Assembly (NCBI RefSeq): GCF_055900595.2
Contig: NZ_JBVWEU010000003.1
Direction: 5' to 3' (one strand)
From: a plasmid
DNA: 64,000 bases
A program made the translations under genes and the position numbers. The notes beneath the pieces were generated by a model. The model worked only from the letters and a program-made list of their open reading frames with translations. It did not search any database and was not told the DNA's origin. This document shows, in pieces, positions 18,993 through 29,377 of the stretch; the stretch's first letter is position 1; every line of letters begins with the position of its first letter.

Positions 18993-19482
18993 TGCTATTC
19001 CGGGGCGGAGTTGGTGACTCTGACCGAAAGGGAAATCACTCTACATCTAACACCATCATAGTAGGCTGCGCTTCTCTTTTTTGCAATCAGAAAAATGACT
19101 ATAATCGCTCCGTTAGCTCTGTCTGGTGATGCTTCTGCCCTTTAATAAAATATGCTCAGGTTAAAAATCGAAAACCTTCCTGCACTTCCTGTGCCTGTTC
19201 CCGTGAGTCAAACATGAGCCGGCTTTTACCCGGAACTCCCCAGGAAATATATTCTACATCCACCCACCATTTTCCGTATTCTTCATATGGTCCGGATATC
19301 ACTTTAGTGACAAATGCATCAACCAGGTTCATTTTTACACCTTTCTGTTATTCTGCTTATTACGACCAGCAGACAGCAAATATTAAAAATAACGCGGCGG
19401 TAAAAATGGCAATTTTTTCCCATACTGTATTTTTTCCATTTATTTGCTTTGAAATGTTTTTTTGCTTCATATCAGTAAATGA

Positions 19483-19950
19483 TTATTTTTTATTCTGTTT
19501 CCTCCAGGCCCATGGTGGCACCGGATTTTCATCTGCCCATAATCCCCGTTTAAGGGCACGGGCATCGCGCTGGAGAGCCGGGAGAGTATAGTCCTTGTTG
19601 TAGTCCGGGTATACCCAGGCCGCTCCCTTCCTGATTTGCTCACGATTCGCTTCAGTGCCGTCAGCGGTATAGACTCTGCCGAGAATACGGTTATATCTGT
19701 CGGTCTGTAAGTATTGTACGGTTACAGGCTTTCCGGCCACCAGGTCCTTCAGCTGAGTGGCTGACCAGCGTCCAAAGGGCTGTTTCTTTTCCGGTGCATC
19801 AATATTTGCCAGGCGGACCCTGACAGTTTTTTTATCCTGTAATATTTCCAGTGTATCACCATCAAGAACGCGGATAACGTTTCCCTGAATCTGTGCAGCG
19901 CAGAGGGAACCTGAAAAAATAATAGCGAGAGAGAACATATATTTTATCAT
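19483..19950 (-). CDS. nuc: Secreted thermonuclease (staphylococcal-nuclease-like)
   Basis: About 155 aa with a signal peptide (MIKYMFSLAIIFSGSLCAAQ); SNase fold motifs (VIRVLDGDT..., RLANIDAPE, RYNRILG). Confidence 0.85.
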   Translation of the reverse strand: MIKYMFSLAIIFSGSLCAAQIQGNVIRVLDGDTLEILQDKKTVRVRLANIDAPEKKQPFGRWSATQLKDLVAGKPVTVQYLQTDRYNRILGRVYTADGTEANREQIRKGAAWVYPDYNKDYTLPALQRDARALKRGLWADENPVPPWAWRKQNKK

Positions 19951-20071
19951 TTTATTACATCCTTTTTTATTCATGAAAAACAGGCGGCGTTTATATTACG
20001 GAATAATATCGTTAAGTTGAGTTTATGTTTCCGGTAATGTAATGCTTCACGCAGAGGGTAATGACTCCAAC

Positions 20072-20575
20072 TTACTGATAGTGTTTTATGTTCAGATAAT
20101 GCCCGATGACCTTGTCATGCAGCTCCACCGATTTTGAGAACGACAGTGACTTCCGTCCCAGCCTTGCCAGATGTTGTCTCAGATTCAGGTTATGTCGCTC
20201 AATGCGCTGAGTGTAACGCTTGCTGATAACGTGCAGCTTTCCCTTCAGGCGTGATTCATACAGCGGCCAGCCATCCGTCATCTATACCACGACCTCAAAG
20301 GCCGACAGCAGGCTCAGAAGACGCTCCAGTGTGGCCAGAGTGCGTTCACCGAAGACGTGCGCCACAACCGTCCTCCGTATCCTGTCATACGCGTAAAACA
20401 GCCAGCGCTGACGTGATTTAGCACCGACGTAGCCCCACTGTTCGTCCATTTCAGCGCAGACAATCACATCACTGCCCGGTTGTATGCGCGAGGTTACCGA
20501 CTGCGGCCTGAGTTTTTTAAGTGACGTAAAACCGTGTTGAGGCCAACGTCCATAATGCGTGCACTGGCGCGACAT
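20072..20575 (-). pseudogene. insB: IS1 insB interrupted by an in-frame stop
   Basis: InsB frame reads ...LSAFEVVV[14 protein letters not shown]... where canonical InsB, as recalled, has ...VVIWMTDGW...; an internal W to stop change splits the ORF into 20282-20575 and 20072-20281. Confidence 0.75.
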
Positions 20576-20769
20576 CCGACGCCATTCATGGCCATATCAA
20601 TGATTTTCTGGTGCTTACCGGGCTGAGAGGCGGTGTAAGTGAACTGTAGTTGCCATGTTTTACGGCAATGAGAGCAGAGATAGCGCTGATGTCCGGCAGT
20701 GCTTTTGCCGTTACGCACCACGCCTTCAGTAGCGGAGCAGGAAGGACATCTGATGGAAATGGAAGCCAC
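20494..20769 (-). CDS. insA: IS1 InsA
   Basis: 91 aa; [30 protein letters not shown]... zinc-finger-type InsA. Confidence 0.95.
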   Translation of the reverse strand: MASISIRCPSCSATEGVVRNGKSTAGHQRYLCSHCRKTWQLQFTYTASQPGKHQKIIDMAMNGVGCRASARIMDVGLNTVLRHLKNSGRSR

Positions 20770-20830
20770 GCAAGCACCTTAAAATCACCATCATACACTA
20801 AATCAGTAAGTTGGCAGCATTACCTTTCAT

Positions 20831-22996
20831 TTATTGTTTTATTCCGTCTTTATCATCTCCATTAATATTTTTCAGTTTTTCTTCACGAACGCCAGGTGTT
20901 CTGCGCATATTGGTATTACCTCCGGCAATAATATCTTTGACTGAAGAAACCATATTCCCCAGCATATTAACGCCGTCACGTCCGCCCAGAAAATTAATTA
21001 CATGGTCAGGCAGATAAGCCTGAAGTGCAAAAACGGCGGCAACCAGCGTGGTACAGACGCGGGCATAAATCATCAAAAATCCTGCCATGCTGAACACGCC
21101 CGTCACAGAATTTATCTGGACATTCATCAGCGCGGCGGCAAACAGCGCATTCAGGATTGTGCCGCCGGCCACGATGGCGACCGATGCAAAAAAGAACCCG
21201 AATACCATCAGCAGCGGTCTGATCATGCTGTCTATCAGGTAGATGTAACCGTAAGCGGCCCGGCTTCCCCGGTCCTGGCTTGTTCCCAGATGGGTGGCCG
21301 CCCAGAGGGGGCCAGCAGCACATCCAATCAGTACGCTAACTATCCAGTTACCAATGCCGGTCATCCAGAAGATAAACGGAATAAACGGCAGGTAAATGGA
21401 TAACGAAAAGCCGGCACAGAACAGCAAAAACAGCAGGAAGTAGAGCGGTGGAGCGGCTGCTTCCAGAAAAGCCTTTGCGGCGTCAGATAATCCGCTGACG
21501 GCATTGACCAGTCGACCAAAAACGGAGTTGCTGCCGGCCGTGGAAAGTACCCTGACGGTGGTATAACCCGCCCAGATGGTTTCGGTTGTAACCATGGTGT
21601 AATCGCCAATGTTTTTCATTTTTATCAACGGATTTAGTTGATTAGTTGTGGTACCTGTACCGCTCAGATAAGTGGCTGTCCAGTTAGTCATTCTTGTTAG
21701 GTTAAACCCAATCAATTTTAAGATTGCTGATTGAGGGTCTTGAGTTTTAGATGCGTGGTATTCACTGGCAGAGGTGGCGGTTCCCAGTGCAGGAGTATAC
21801 GCTGAGTTCTGCAACTGTGCCTGGTAAGCTCCTCTGACTTCCTTCAGGAACTCCGTATCCCCGGCTTCGCCCAGTGACGAGACGCCACTCACAGTAGGAG
21901 CGCGGTTGGCCAGGTCTTCCAGTCGCTGGTTGGCGGTGGCAAAGGTCTGGTACCAGGCACCCAGGGCAACCCAGCCGTAGGTGGTCAGGTAGGATTTCAA
22001 CTGCTCCCTGCGCTCAGTTTCTGCGTTATCTGCCGGCAACGCCTTCTGCACCGTTTCTTCATACCGGTTGGCTGCCTTCTGAATACGGCTTTCAATATCC
22101 GGCAGGTTGCCGTTACCCGTGTCGCGTCGGGTCCGGTACGCTGACACAAATTCCTGTGCTGCGCTGTCCAGGTCACGGAGCATGGTATCCATGGCGGAGC
22201 GTTGTGCCGTCAGGACTCCCTGATACTCCGTTTCAATGAAGGGATTGAAAAAATGGGCCAGCGCGGACTGGTTGTTGCTGCCATTCCCTTTCACGGTGAG
22301 ACTCACACTCCCGCAGGTGGCACTGCCATTTGAAACGGTGACGGTATACCTGCCGTTCTCTGTCCGTGAGGATTCGCTCATGGGCGGCGTTGATGAACGT
22401 GCGGTACGGTTAAAGTCATCGAGGCCCGTATTCATGGCGTGTTTGCACAGCGCCATCTCCAGAATTCCCCGTGCTGCCGTGCGGGTGGAGACATGTACTG
22501 GCTGTACGGTCATTGAATAGCCTTCAGCGATGTTTTCTGCAGCAGTCTGAACCATGATATTGGCGGAACCGATGCCCATGATGGATGCGCCCCAGAGCAT
22601 GACCAGTTGTGCCAGGCTCCAGCCGGAAGCGGTGGGCACAATCATCATAAAACCGCTCACAATACTGAGCATTCCGACGACGTCCCGTCCGTTGTTAAAG
22701 ACATTGCCCTGGTGGCCGGTGCGGACAGCATGGCGGATTCCAATAAACAGGAACCAGACTATCCCCATAATGGCGATAATTGCGTTAAACACCATGAACA
22801 GGTTGCCGATAATGGTGTTGCTGCTGGCTGTCAGGGGATTTGTGACCACATCACCAAAAATGGTGACCAGTGCCTGGCGCGACAGGTCATCCGGATTGGT
22901 GGCGGCGCTCACAATGTCCTGATAGGTGACGAATGCCTGTGCAGGTACGGCAGCCAGCGCCAGACCCGCACTCAGTGCTCTGGGTATGATTTTCAC
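20831..22996 (-). CDS. traY: TraY (DotA-like integral membrane protein of the I-type T4SS)
   Basis: 721 aa; signal peptide and many TM helices; size and position as R64 TraY. Stop codon lies 6 bp from the IS1 end. Confidence 0.8.
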   Translation of the reverse strand: MKIIPRALSAGLALAAVPAQAFVTYQDIVSAATNPDDLSRQALVTIFGDVVTNPLTASSNTIIGNLFMVFNAIIAIMGIVWFLFIGIRHAVRTGHQGNVFNNGRDVVGMLSIVSGFMMIVPTASGWSLAQLVMLWGASIMGIGSANIMVQTAAENIAEGYSMTVQPVHVSTRTAARGILEMALCKHAMNTGLDDFNRTARSSTPPMSESSRTENGRYTVTVSNGSATCGSVSLTVKGNGSNNQSALAHFFNPFIETEYQGVLTAQRSAMDTMLRDLDSAAQEFVSAYRTRRDTGNGNLPDIESRIQKAANRYEETVQKALPADNAETERREQLKSYLTTYGWVALGAWYQTFATANQRLEDLANRAPTVSGVSSLGEAGDTEFLKEVRGAYQAQLQNSAYTPALGTATSASEYHASKTQDPQSAILKLIGFNLTRMTNWTATYLSGTGTTTNQLNPLIKMKNIGDYTMVTTETIWAGYTTVRVLSTAGSNSVFGRLVNAVSGLSDAAKAFLEAAAPPLYFLLFLLFCAGFSLSIYLPFIPFIFWMTGIGNWIVSVLIGCAAGPLWAATHLGTSQDRGSRAAYGYIYLIDSMIRPLLMVFGFFFASVAIVAGGTILNALFAAALMNVQINSVTGVFSMAGFLMIYARVCTTLVAAVFALQAYLPDHVINFLGGRDGVNMLGNMVSSVKDIIAGGNTNMRRTPGVREEKLKNINGDDKDGIKQ

Positions 22997-23068
22997 GATA
23001 ACTCCGGAACCGAAGGGATGCAGGGCATCAGCCTCCGGAATGAGGAAAAGGAATTGCAGACCGGACGG

Positions 23069-23638
23069 TCAGTACTGCCGGTGGGTAATGGCCAGCCATG
23101 TGGCCTGTTTCCAGCCGTGCCGGGCCTGCAGGTAATCGGGGAAGGTGCCCTGTTCGTCCTCGCTGACCCGCCGTTCATTCAGTTGCCAGAGGCGGTATGA
23201 CACAATCAGGGTTTTTGAGGCACACAGTGCTGCAATGGCACTCATCAGTAACAGGCAGGCCAGTATACGTATCAGGGTGATGGCCGGCAGCGCTGTGGCA
23301 GCAAGGGCCATGCCGCACAGCAGAAGTACCGGTATCATCATCAGCCAGAATCCTGTCCGCCAGAACATCCTGCGACGTCGCAGACGCCGATCCAGTTCGT
23401 TGACCGTAAGGCCGCTGGCCCTGACGGCTTCTTCCCAGGTCATACAGACCGGAATCTCCGGTTGCCGGTCGGGCATGAGGCGCTTCAGGCGCGTTTTATG
23501 CTGGCCCAGCATATGGCGGCAGCTGCGCAGCATCCACCGGGTTTCGGCCAGTGGTGCGAACAGGTTTATCCCGATGTCACCGATGCGGCGGAGACGGGGG
23601 GCCGGTTTTTTTTTGTCGGTGCTGTTGTCGTCTTTCAT
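23069..23638 (-). CDS. traX: TraX-position membrane protein
   Basis: 189 aa with two central TM helices; order traY-traX-traW as in R64. Confidence 0.55.
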   Translation of the reverse strand: MKDDNSTDKKKPAPRLRRIGDIGINLFAPLAETRWMLRSCRHMLGQHKTRLKRLMPDRQPEIPVCMTWEEAVRASGLTVNELDRRLRRRRMFWRTGFWLMMIPVLLLCGMALAATALPAITLIRILACLLLMSAIAALCASKTLIVSYRLWQLNERRVSEDEQGTFPDYLQARHGWKQATWLAITHRQY

Positions 23639-24840
23639 CTTACGCTCCCCTGGCTCATGGCCTGTGACAGTTCACCGAGACGCTGTCCGTAATACTGTCG
23701 TGCCGCCAGTGCCAGCTGCTGCCCGGCGATAACATTACCCTGGCGTATCTGCTCTTTCAGGTCGTTCATCTGCCAGTTCAGCAGGGCGGTAGTGCGCAGC
23801 AGTTCACGGAGAAGGTTATCGCCTTCCATGCCCTGCAGATCCTGCTGCCAGTCGGTGTTTGCATAGCGTCTGCCGGCTTCAAAGGCCTCAAACTCCCGCT
23901 GGCTCATGTGACCACGGGTGCGGGCCTCTGATGATGCGGTCCGGTCAAAATATGCCGCAGCGGATGGTGACTGCAGGGCTTCAGTCAGTGCTCCACGGGT
24001 GGCCTCATTAGGGGTACTGTCAGCTATCAGTGACAGTTGCGGATGAGAGGCGGCATCGATGATGCCGTTGTATTCATTCTGCAGGCCCACATACGTGCGC
24101 CCGGTCTGTGTTCCCACTTCACCTTTCCCCGGGGCACGACCCGCTGACGGTCTGGCGGTGTTTTTCATGTAAGCCGTGGCAGCATCAATCTGTTTCTGAT
24201 CCCAGGTGAGGGCGGCAGGGGTATCTGCTGTGCCTGCACCCTGATAGAGCGATCGCACCTGGCTGTCTCCGCCCGGCAGCTCGCCCACGGCAGGGCAGAC
24301 ATCGGTTCCGCCAAAGCGGGCATATTCAGCTTCCGTGCAGTAACCGGCATGAATGCCTGCACTGTCATATGCCTCGCGGGTTGGTGAGTCTGCTGCCCGG
24401 GAGAGACGTTCACGGATGGGTTTACTGCTGACGCCTCCTCCCTGACTCAGACGTGCAGCCGCAGACGCTGCTGCACGGCGACTTTCAGCTGCAACTCCGG
24501 AGGCGGATTCACTGCAGATGGAGTCCGGCACGCTGAAGCTCTTCCGGGCTTCCTCAAGCCGGCGGGTTTCATTACTGAATATCATCTGCTGACGGGTGGC
24601 CTGCCCATCCTGTGCGATGACAGAGGCCAGCTTCTCTGAACTCTGGTTGATGGCTGTGCCGGTGGCTGTCTGCATACGGACCATCTCTGCCATCACGCCC
24701 TGAATAGCGGCCAGCTCCGGCATGATTTGTGTGGTGACAGGCTGGCTGGCCACTACGGTCACAGAGTAGGCATGGGTGGCAGGAATAACCGCACAGCCTA
24801 TCAGGAGTGCAAGCAGTGTGGTTGCAGATTGTCTTTGCAT
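23635..24840 (-). CDS. traW: TraW (DotC-like periplasmic lipoprotein)
   Basis: Start chosen at MQRQSATTLLALLIGCAVIPATHA (signal peptide with GC lipobox); about 401 aa. Confidence 0.7.
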   Translation of the reverse strand: MQRQSATTLLALLIGCAVIPATHAYSVTVVASQPVTTQIMPELAAIQGVMAEMVRMQTATGTAINQSSEKLASVIAQDGQATRQQMIFSNETRRLEEARKSFSVPDSICSESASGVAAESRRAAASAAARLSQGGGVSSKPIRERLSRAADSPTREAYDSAGIHAGYCTEAEYARFGGTDVCPAVGELPGGDSQVRSLYQGAGTADTPAALTWDQKQIDAATAYMKNTARPSAGRAPGKGEVGTQTGRTYVGLQNEYNGIIDAASHPQLSLIADSTPNEATRGALTEALQSPSAAAYFDRTASSEARTRGHMSQREFEAFEAGRRYANTDWQQDLQGMEGDNLLRELLRTTALLNWQMNDLKEQIRQGNVIAGQQLALAARQYYGQRLGELSQAMSQGSVR

Positions 24841-25418
24841 TCTTTTTTCTCCGTTTTCGGGGGATACAGGATGTCTGGTACGCGATGACTGAGTGATTCC
24901 GGCAGCGGAGCCAGCGGGAAACACTGGAAGCGGCGCGTGATCCATCCCTGACGGTTACGGTTATCGATGAGCGTGAAGGTACGACGCTTCACGCGTTTCA
25001 GTGTCGGGGTGTCGCTTTCCATGACCGGCCAGTCTCCGGCTGTGAGTGCCGGTGTGCCGGGGACATCCGGCCACAGCCAGGTGTTGTCAGACATCAGCGC
25101 AGTGAGTGGTGCGGGCAGAAGCCAGTGAATGACATGCTGTATATCAAAAGGCGGTCGCTCCGGCACGTTAACCTGCCAGGTGGCCGTTGTAATCAGCGTG
25201 CCTGTCTCTCCGGGCAGGGCCAGGCGAATACCACTCATCTCCCCGTCAGCCCGTCTGTCACTGGCAAAAATGACCCGGGGATTGGGGGACGGTCGCAGTG
25301 TGAAGCAGGCGGACGGCAGGGTGAAGCTGAAACTGTCACCGTCCACGCGCAGCGTTTTCAGGAAGACCTGTCCCCGTGCAGGACGCCGGCAGCGGGGAGT
25401 GATGTGTATGCTGTACAT
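24801..25418 (-). CDS. traV: TraV-position protein
   Basis: 205 aa ORF between traW and traU; start coupled to the traU stop; assigned by position only. Confidence 0.5.
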   Translation of the reverse strand: MYSIHITPRCRRPARGQVFLKTLRVDGDSFSFTLPSACFTLRPSPNPRVIFASDRRADGEMSGIRLALPGETGTLITTATWQVNVPERPPFDIQHVIHWLLPAPLTALMSDNTWLWPDVPGTPALTAGDWPVMESDTPTLKRVKRRTFTLIDNRNRQGWITRRFQCFPLAPLPESLSHRVPDILYPPKTEKKECKDNLQPHCLHS

Positions 25419-28400
25419 CAGAGGTGATATCCCTGCTTACGGATGAGTTCCGCAGCCAGATCATGGATGACGTTTTCACTGTCATGTGTACGGGCGCGGT
25501 GTTCTATCAGTGAGGTGGCTGAACCACGGGGAAAGTTTTCTGCCAGGATCTGGCGTGCCCGCAGTGACCCGAGCTCCTGCGTCAGCGCACGTCTCAGGGC
25601 GCTGTCTTTGGGTGAGGAATTCAGTGCCCACAGCTCCAGTGGACCGAGAGTGAATTTCAGGATCCGGGCCAGCGTACCGTTTTTTACACGGAACACAGCC
25701 AGTACCGGGACACCGCTGCCATCCGGTGCAGCCCCTTCCGGCATTTTCAGGAAGCGCCGCAGGGTGACTTCAGGGACACCAAAATTATCCCGCAGAAACG
25801 GAATTTCGTCAGGGCGGTAACGCAGCAACCAGAGGGTGTTGGCGGATTTGAGAACTGCCGGTGGATAGTCCTGCAGTAGCTGGGTGCTCAGCACTGTGCG
25901 TATCCCGAACTTACGCTGCTCCAGCTCCTGGGTGTCCAGGGCTTCCCAGATGAAATTGATCCCTTTTGCATTGTGCAGTTCGTCATAGACTTTGGTCTTG
26001 ACCTCCTGATCAAGCTGTTCAATGCGGCGGAAAATCACCTCATGGTAGCGTGGGTCGAGATTTTTCCGTATTTCCTCCTGATACTGCGGCAGGACAAAAT
26101 CCCCGCCGGCGATTTGTCCTGCCAGCAGGTACATGATGCCGGTGCGCAGACGCCCGGCAGGTGTCTTGTCACCGGCCACATTGTTCAGATCAACGGCCAC
26201 AACGCGGGTGTCGGGGCTGAGCATAAACCGGGTACAGCCGGACATCATCGGGTAGTCACTGTGTCCCTGATCGAGGGCACGGCGGATGTAGTCCAGTAAC
26301 AATTCTGCTGAGTTATCGCGCTGAACTGTGCCGAACACATCCCGGATGGATGGCTGTCCCAGCAGGGCGGACATTTCAGCCAGCAGGGGCATGGCCTGGT
26401 AGTGTGCCCGCTGGGCTGCGGGGATATTGCCAGCCATATGCAGCATGTCCCTGATTTCAAACCAGGTGGCAGCATTCCACCATCCAGCGTCATGTTGTTC
26501 TGCGATGCCACTCTCTTCCAGGGCGAGATCCACAAGGGGCTCTGTTCCTGCACGGTACAGTCTGGGGTTGTTTTCGCCATACTCCCTGAAGGCCAGATCC
26601 ACCAGGTTGCTTATGATTTGCCGGGTGTCACCGGGATTACAGGGCTGACCGGTGCCGGTATCCACGCACAGTGCGCAGAGTACAGATACCATGAAGTTCT
26701 TTTCCGGGGTGGCGGGTTTTTTAGCACCGTACATCACATCAAACAGGTTACGGGTGTGTTCCGGATCATTGCTCAGAATGATCCCCACGGCTTCGTCCTT
26801 TCTCTGCTCCGGCAGGCTGTCACGGATAAGCTGTACCAGTCCCTGTGCACTGAATCCCTTGTCGATATAGGCAATGAAAGGCAGGTTCTTCTGGGCTGAG
26901 GCTATCTGGATCTCCGACAGTGCGTTGATGAGTACCGATTTGCCCAGACCGGGTGCGCCGGGCGTCAGTTCCGTGTGCTTGTTCTGTTGTGACGATGCCA
27001 GCGCGACCTCCCATGCAGAGCCGTCCTCGGTGTGCATCATCAGATTTCCCTGTCCCCGCCAGACAGAGCCGGCCCTGTTCAGGGGAAACAGGGAAAGGGC
27101 GTGTGAAAGGGGCGGGTAAAGGGGGACTGGACCGGAACCGTGGGAGGCCGCCAGAACCGTGTTCACCCAGGCACGTCTCGGATCACCGAAGGTGGTGGTG
27201 GTGCCGCATACCCCCCAGCCTTCCAGCGCAGATTTCAGGAGAGCCTGGTTACGGGTACAGACTTCCCGGCTGTTTCCCCATGTGGTGGCAACAATGGTCA
27301 TGATACAGACCGGATCATGTTTGTTGATGTCATTCAGCATCATCACCGAGTCATACATGGGCCGGAGAGGGGAAATAAAGCTGCTGTAGGTCAGCAGGGT
27401 TTTCTTGACCCCAAGCGCCTTCATGCCGCCGGGCATCAGATCCATCCGGATACGCCAGGGGATTGCGCGGGGCACATCCCTGACCAGCTGGTTGAATGTC
27501 CGCAGATTCTGGGGGGGCAGGGTAATGGCGACCATACCGTGCCAGAGGTCACCGGCCTTTATCAGGCTGCCGTGTGTTTCAGGCTGTGTGGTGAATAACT
27601 GCAGATTCAGCGACGGTGCGTGGAATACAGAGGTATCCTCGCCCTGTCGCCAGCCGGCAGGACGGGCATCTTCAGGCAGATGAGGCTGCCATACTGCAGG
27701 TGTGCTGTTGCGCTCCAGTTGACGGCGGATTTCCCGTCCCACTTCATGAATATCTATCAGGCGAACCAGCAGACCATCAGAATCATGTGTCAGGGCCTGC
27801 TCCAGCGTGTCCAGAAAGGCGTCATGCCGTATTTTGAGTGCGGAAAGTGTCCAGCGCCATGGATCCTGCGCAAATCGGGCTGGCGGAGCGTGTTCAGCGA
27901 GTTTCCTGATACGGGTCTGGTGGTCCTTGCGATCGGTCCGGCTCAGCAGTTCTTCAGAGCTCCAGACGGTCAGCCAGCAGCGTTCCCGGACAAGCCAGGG
28001 GGTGAGCGTGGTGACTTTTTCATCCAGAACGTCCTGAAGCAGGATCCCCGTACGTGCGATGGATTTTCGCTGGGGTAAGAGCATGGCTTCGATTTCATCC
28101 CTTCCACGCTCCGGATCGCGTTCGAAAACAAAACTGATTTTGTGACCGGTGTTTTTCCAGGCAGTGTTCATTCGCTCTGCCAGCGCTGTAATCAGTGATT
28201 CCAGTGTGCCGGGGGCTGTCAGGTCCGGGTTTTCATCCATTTCTTTCAGGGCACCGCTGATTTCAAAGACGGAAAGGTAATACCCCTGTTTGGTGGTGGC
28301 AATGTAGGGGGCTTTCAGCCAGGGGCGGCGTTCGCGGTCCTGCTGGTCCAGACCGATGACGGTGTGCAGATCACAGTAATCGGGGAAGAATGCGGAAACG

Positions 28401-28474
28401 GAATACCGTGACAGGGTACTGATACAGTCTTCAATGGCAAAAATAATGCGGTTGATATTCATGGCATGGAGCAC
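25418..28474 (-). CDS. traU: TraU (DotO/IcmB-like T4SS ATPase)
   Basis: 1018 aa; Walker A TPGAPGLGKS; size matches R64 TraU. Confidence 0.85.
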   Translation of the reverse strand: MLHAMNINRIIFAIEDCISTLSRYSVSAFFPDYCDLHTVIGLDQQDRERRPWLKAPYIATTKQGYYLSVFEISGALKEMDENPDLTAPGTLESLITALAERMNTAWKNTGHKISFVFERDPERGRDEIEAMLLPQRKSIARTGILLQDVLDEKVTTLTPWLVRERCWLTVWSSEELLSRTDRKDHQTRIRKLAEHAPPARFAQDPWRWTLSALKIRHDAFLDTLEQALTHDSDGLLVRLIDIHEVGREIRRQLERNSTPAVWQPHLPEDARPAGWRQGEDTSVFHAPSLNLQLFTTQPETHGSLIKAGDLWHGMVAITLPPQNLRTFNQLVRDVPRAIPWRIRMDLMPGGMKALGVKKTLLTYSSFISPLRPMYDSVMMLNDINKHDPVCIMTIVATTWGNSREVCTRNQALLKSALEGWGVCGTTTTFGDPRRAWVNTVLAASHGSGPVPLYPPLSHALSLFPLNRAGSVWRGQGNLMMHTEDGSAWEVALASSQQNKHTELTPGAPGLGKSVLINALSEIQIASAQKNLPFIAYIDKGFSAQGLVQLIRDSLPEQRKDEAVGIILSNDPEHTRNLFDVMYGAKKPATPEKNFMVSVLCALCVDTGTGQPCNPGDTRQIISNLVDLAFREYGENNPRLYRAGTEPLVDLALEESGIAEQHDAGWWNAATWFEIRDMLHMAGNIPAAQRAHYQAMPLLAEMSALLGQPSIRDVFGTVQRDNSAELLLDYIRRALDQGHSDYPMMSGCTRFMLSPDTRVVAVDLNNVAGDKTPAGRLRTGIMYLLAGQIAGGDFVLPQYQEEIRKNLDPRYHEVIFRRIEQLDQEVKTKVYDELHNAKGINFIWEALDTQELEQRKFGIRTVLSTQLLQDYPPAVLKSANTLWLLRYRPDEIPFLRDNFGVPEVTLRRFLKMPEGAAPDGSGVPVLAVFRVKNGTLARILKFTLGPLELWALNSSPKDSALRRALTQELGSLRARQILAENFPRGSATSLIEHRARTHDSENVIHDLAAELIRKQGYHL

Positions 28475-28637
28475 TCCGGTAAGGATGAATCATCACGGTC
28501 TGATATTTTTTGATGCCACAGCAGGGGATGTGGCATGAAAAAACAGCAGAGAAAATAAATAATCTGTTGAGGGGCAGGTGCGTATTTCTGTGTGATTACA
28601 GTAAATAATAAAAATGTAATAAGGTGGAAACACGCTG

Positions 28638-29021
28638 TCAGCGTAGTGAATTTACTGGCGGATAAGTGATTTTATTAATATGTACAACAATACATTTTCT
28701 TCTTTCATTTCGTATAAATACAGGGGGGATATAAAAGAAACGGAGACTGCAGAGACAGAGATGCAGTTGTTTTCCCCGTTTCCTTAATGAAAATTCAGTC
28801 AGGGGTGTGGCCGGATAATTATGCCGGGCGCTTAATTCCCTGTTGAACTGAAGTATTCCGGCAATATTCAGCAGTATGCCGGCCAGCCTGCCGTCATCAT
28901 CCCGAAGGAACCGACGGAGTAGCCGGTGCTCTTCTTTGGCGGTACTGTCAGCTTTTCCGGCCAGGTGTGCGAGGATGAGTGTTATAAGCGTCTCCGGGGA
29001 TATGCGGTGAATTTTCATCAT
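28638..29021 (-). CDS. Hypothetical small protein (traT/traS region); 3' end uncertain
   Basis: ORF runs into an AT-rich intergenic stretch; the C-terminal third looks non-coding-like, so a frameshift or earlier stop is possible. Confidence 0.35.
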   Translation of the reverse strand: MMKIHRISPETLITLILAHLAGKADSTAKEEHRLLRRFLRDDDGRLAGILLNIAGILQFNRELSARHNYPATPLTEFSLRKRGKQLHLCLCSLRFFYIPPVFIRNERRKCIVVHINKITYPPVNSLR

Positions 29022-29377
29022 TCTTCTCCTGATTTTGTCGGGGGTACACCCGGATAAATAAACTGCTGGCGGCGAATGAAAAAATCACAGAAGGGCATAT
29101 CCGGTAATTCCGGGAGACCGGACACGGCAATATCCATCCATGAGAGATAGTTATCGACGCTCACTGTGACGGTGATGCTGTTATGGGTACGGGATCTTTC
29201 ATGAATTTCTGCAGCCAGAAAGAGCAGCCAGCCGCCGTTAAATGCCGGGTGGCGGAGAATGAACCGGGCAATCTCTTTTTCATCTCCGTCAGGCGGAATA
29301 TCGTCAGTCAGCGTCCGGATAATAAAGCGCCGGAATGCATCTGCGGAAAACTGATATCCGGCAGTGAGGGTATCCAT
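29018..29377 (-). CDS. Hypothetical small acidic protein (traT/traS region)
   Basis: About 119 aa from ATG 29377 with GAGGA RBS; stop overlaps the next start. Confidence 0.5.
   Translation of the reverse strand: MDTLTAGYQFSADAFRRFIIRTLTDDIPPDGDEKEIARFILRHPAFNGGWLLFLAAEIHERSRTHNSITVTVSVDNYLSWMDIAVSGLPELPDMPFCDFFIRRQQFIYPGVPPTKSGEE

Larger units (their letters stand above)
20057..20824 (-). mobile_element. IS1 insertion sequence, 768 bp
   Basis: Terminal inverted repeats GGTAATGACTCCAACTTACTGAT (20057-20079) and GGTAATGCTGCCAACTTACTGAT (complement, ending 20824); encodes InsA and InsB. The flanking 9-mers CACGCAGAG and TTTCATTTA do not match, so there is no target-site duplication. Confidence 0.95.

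Noticed and set aside
18826-19482. Expected hok/sok-type (pnd) post-segregational killing locus between trbA and the exclusion region
   Set aside because: Manual six-frame reading found no Hok-family peptide (short hydrophobic peptide with conserved Cys and Tyr) in this gap; only a terminator hairpin and an unrelated 57-aa ORF. A sensitive HMM search would still be needed to exclude it formally.
20825-20830. excA (entry exclusion) gene downstream of traY
   Set aside because: Only a possible ATGAAA remnant precedes IS1; no ExcA-like ORF is present at the canonical site, so excA is reported as absent or deleted rather than annotated.
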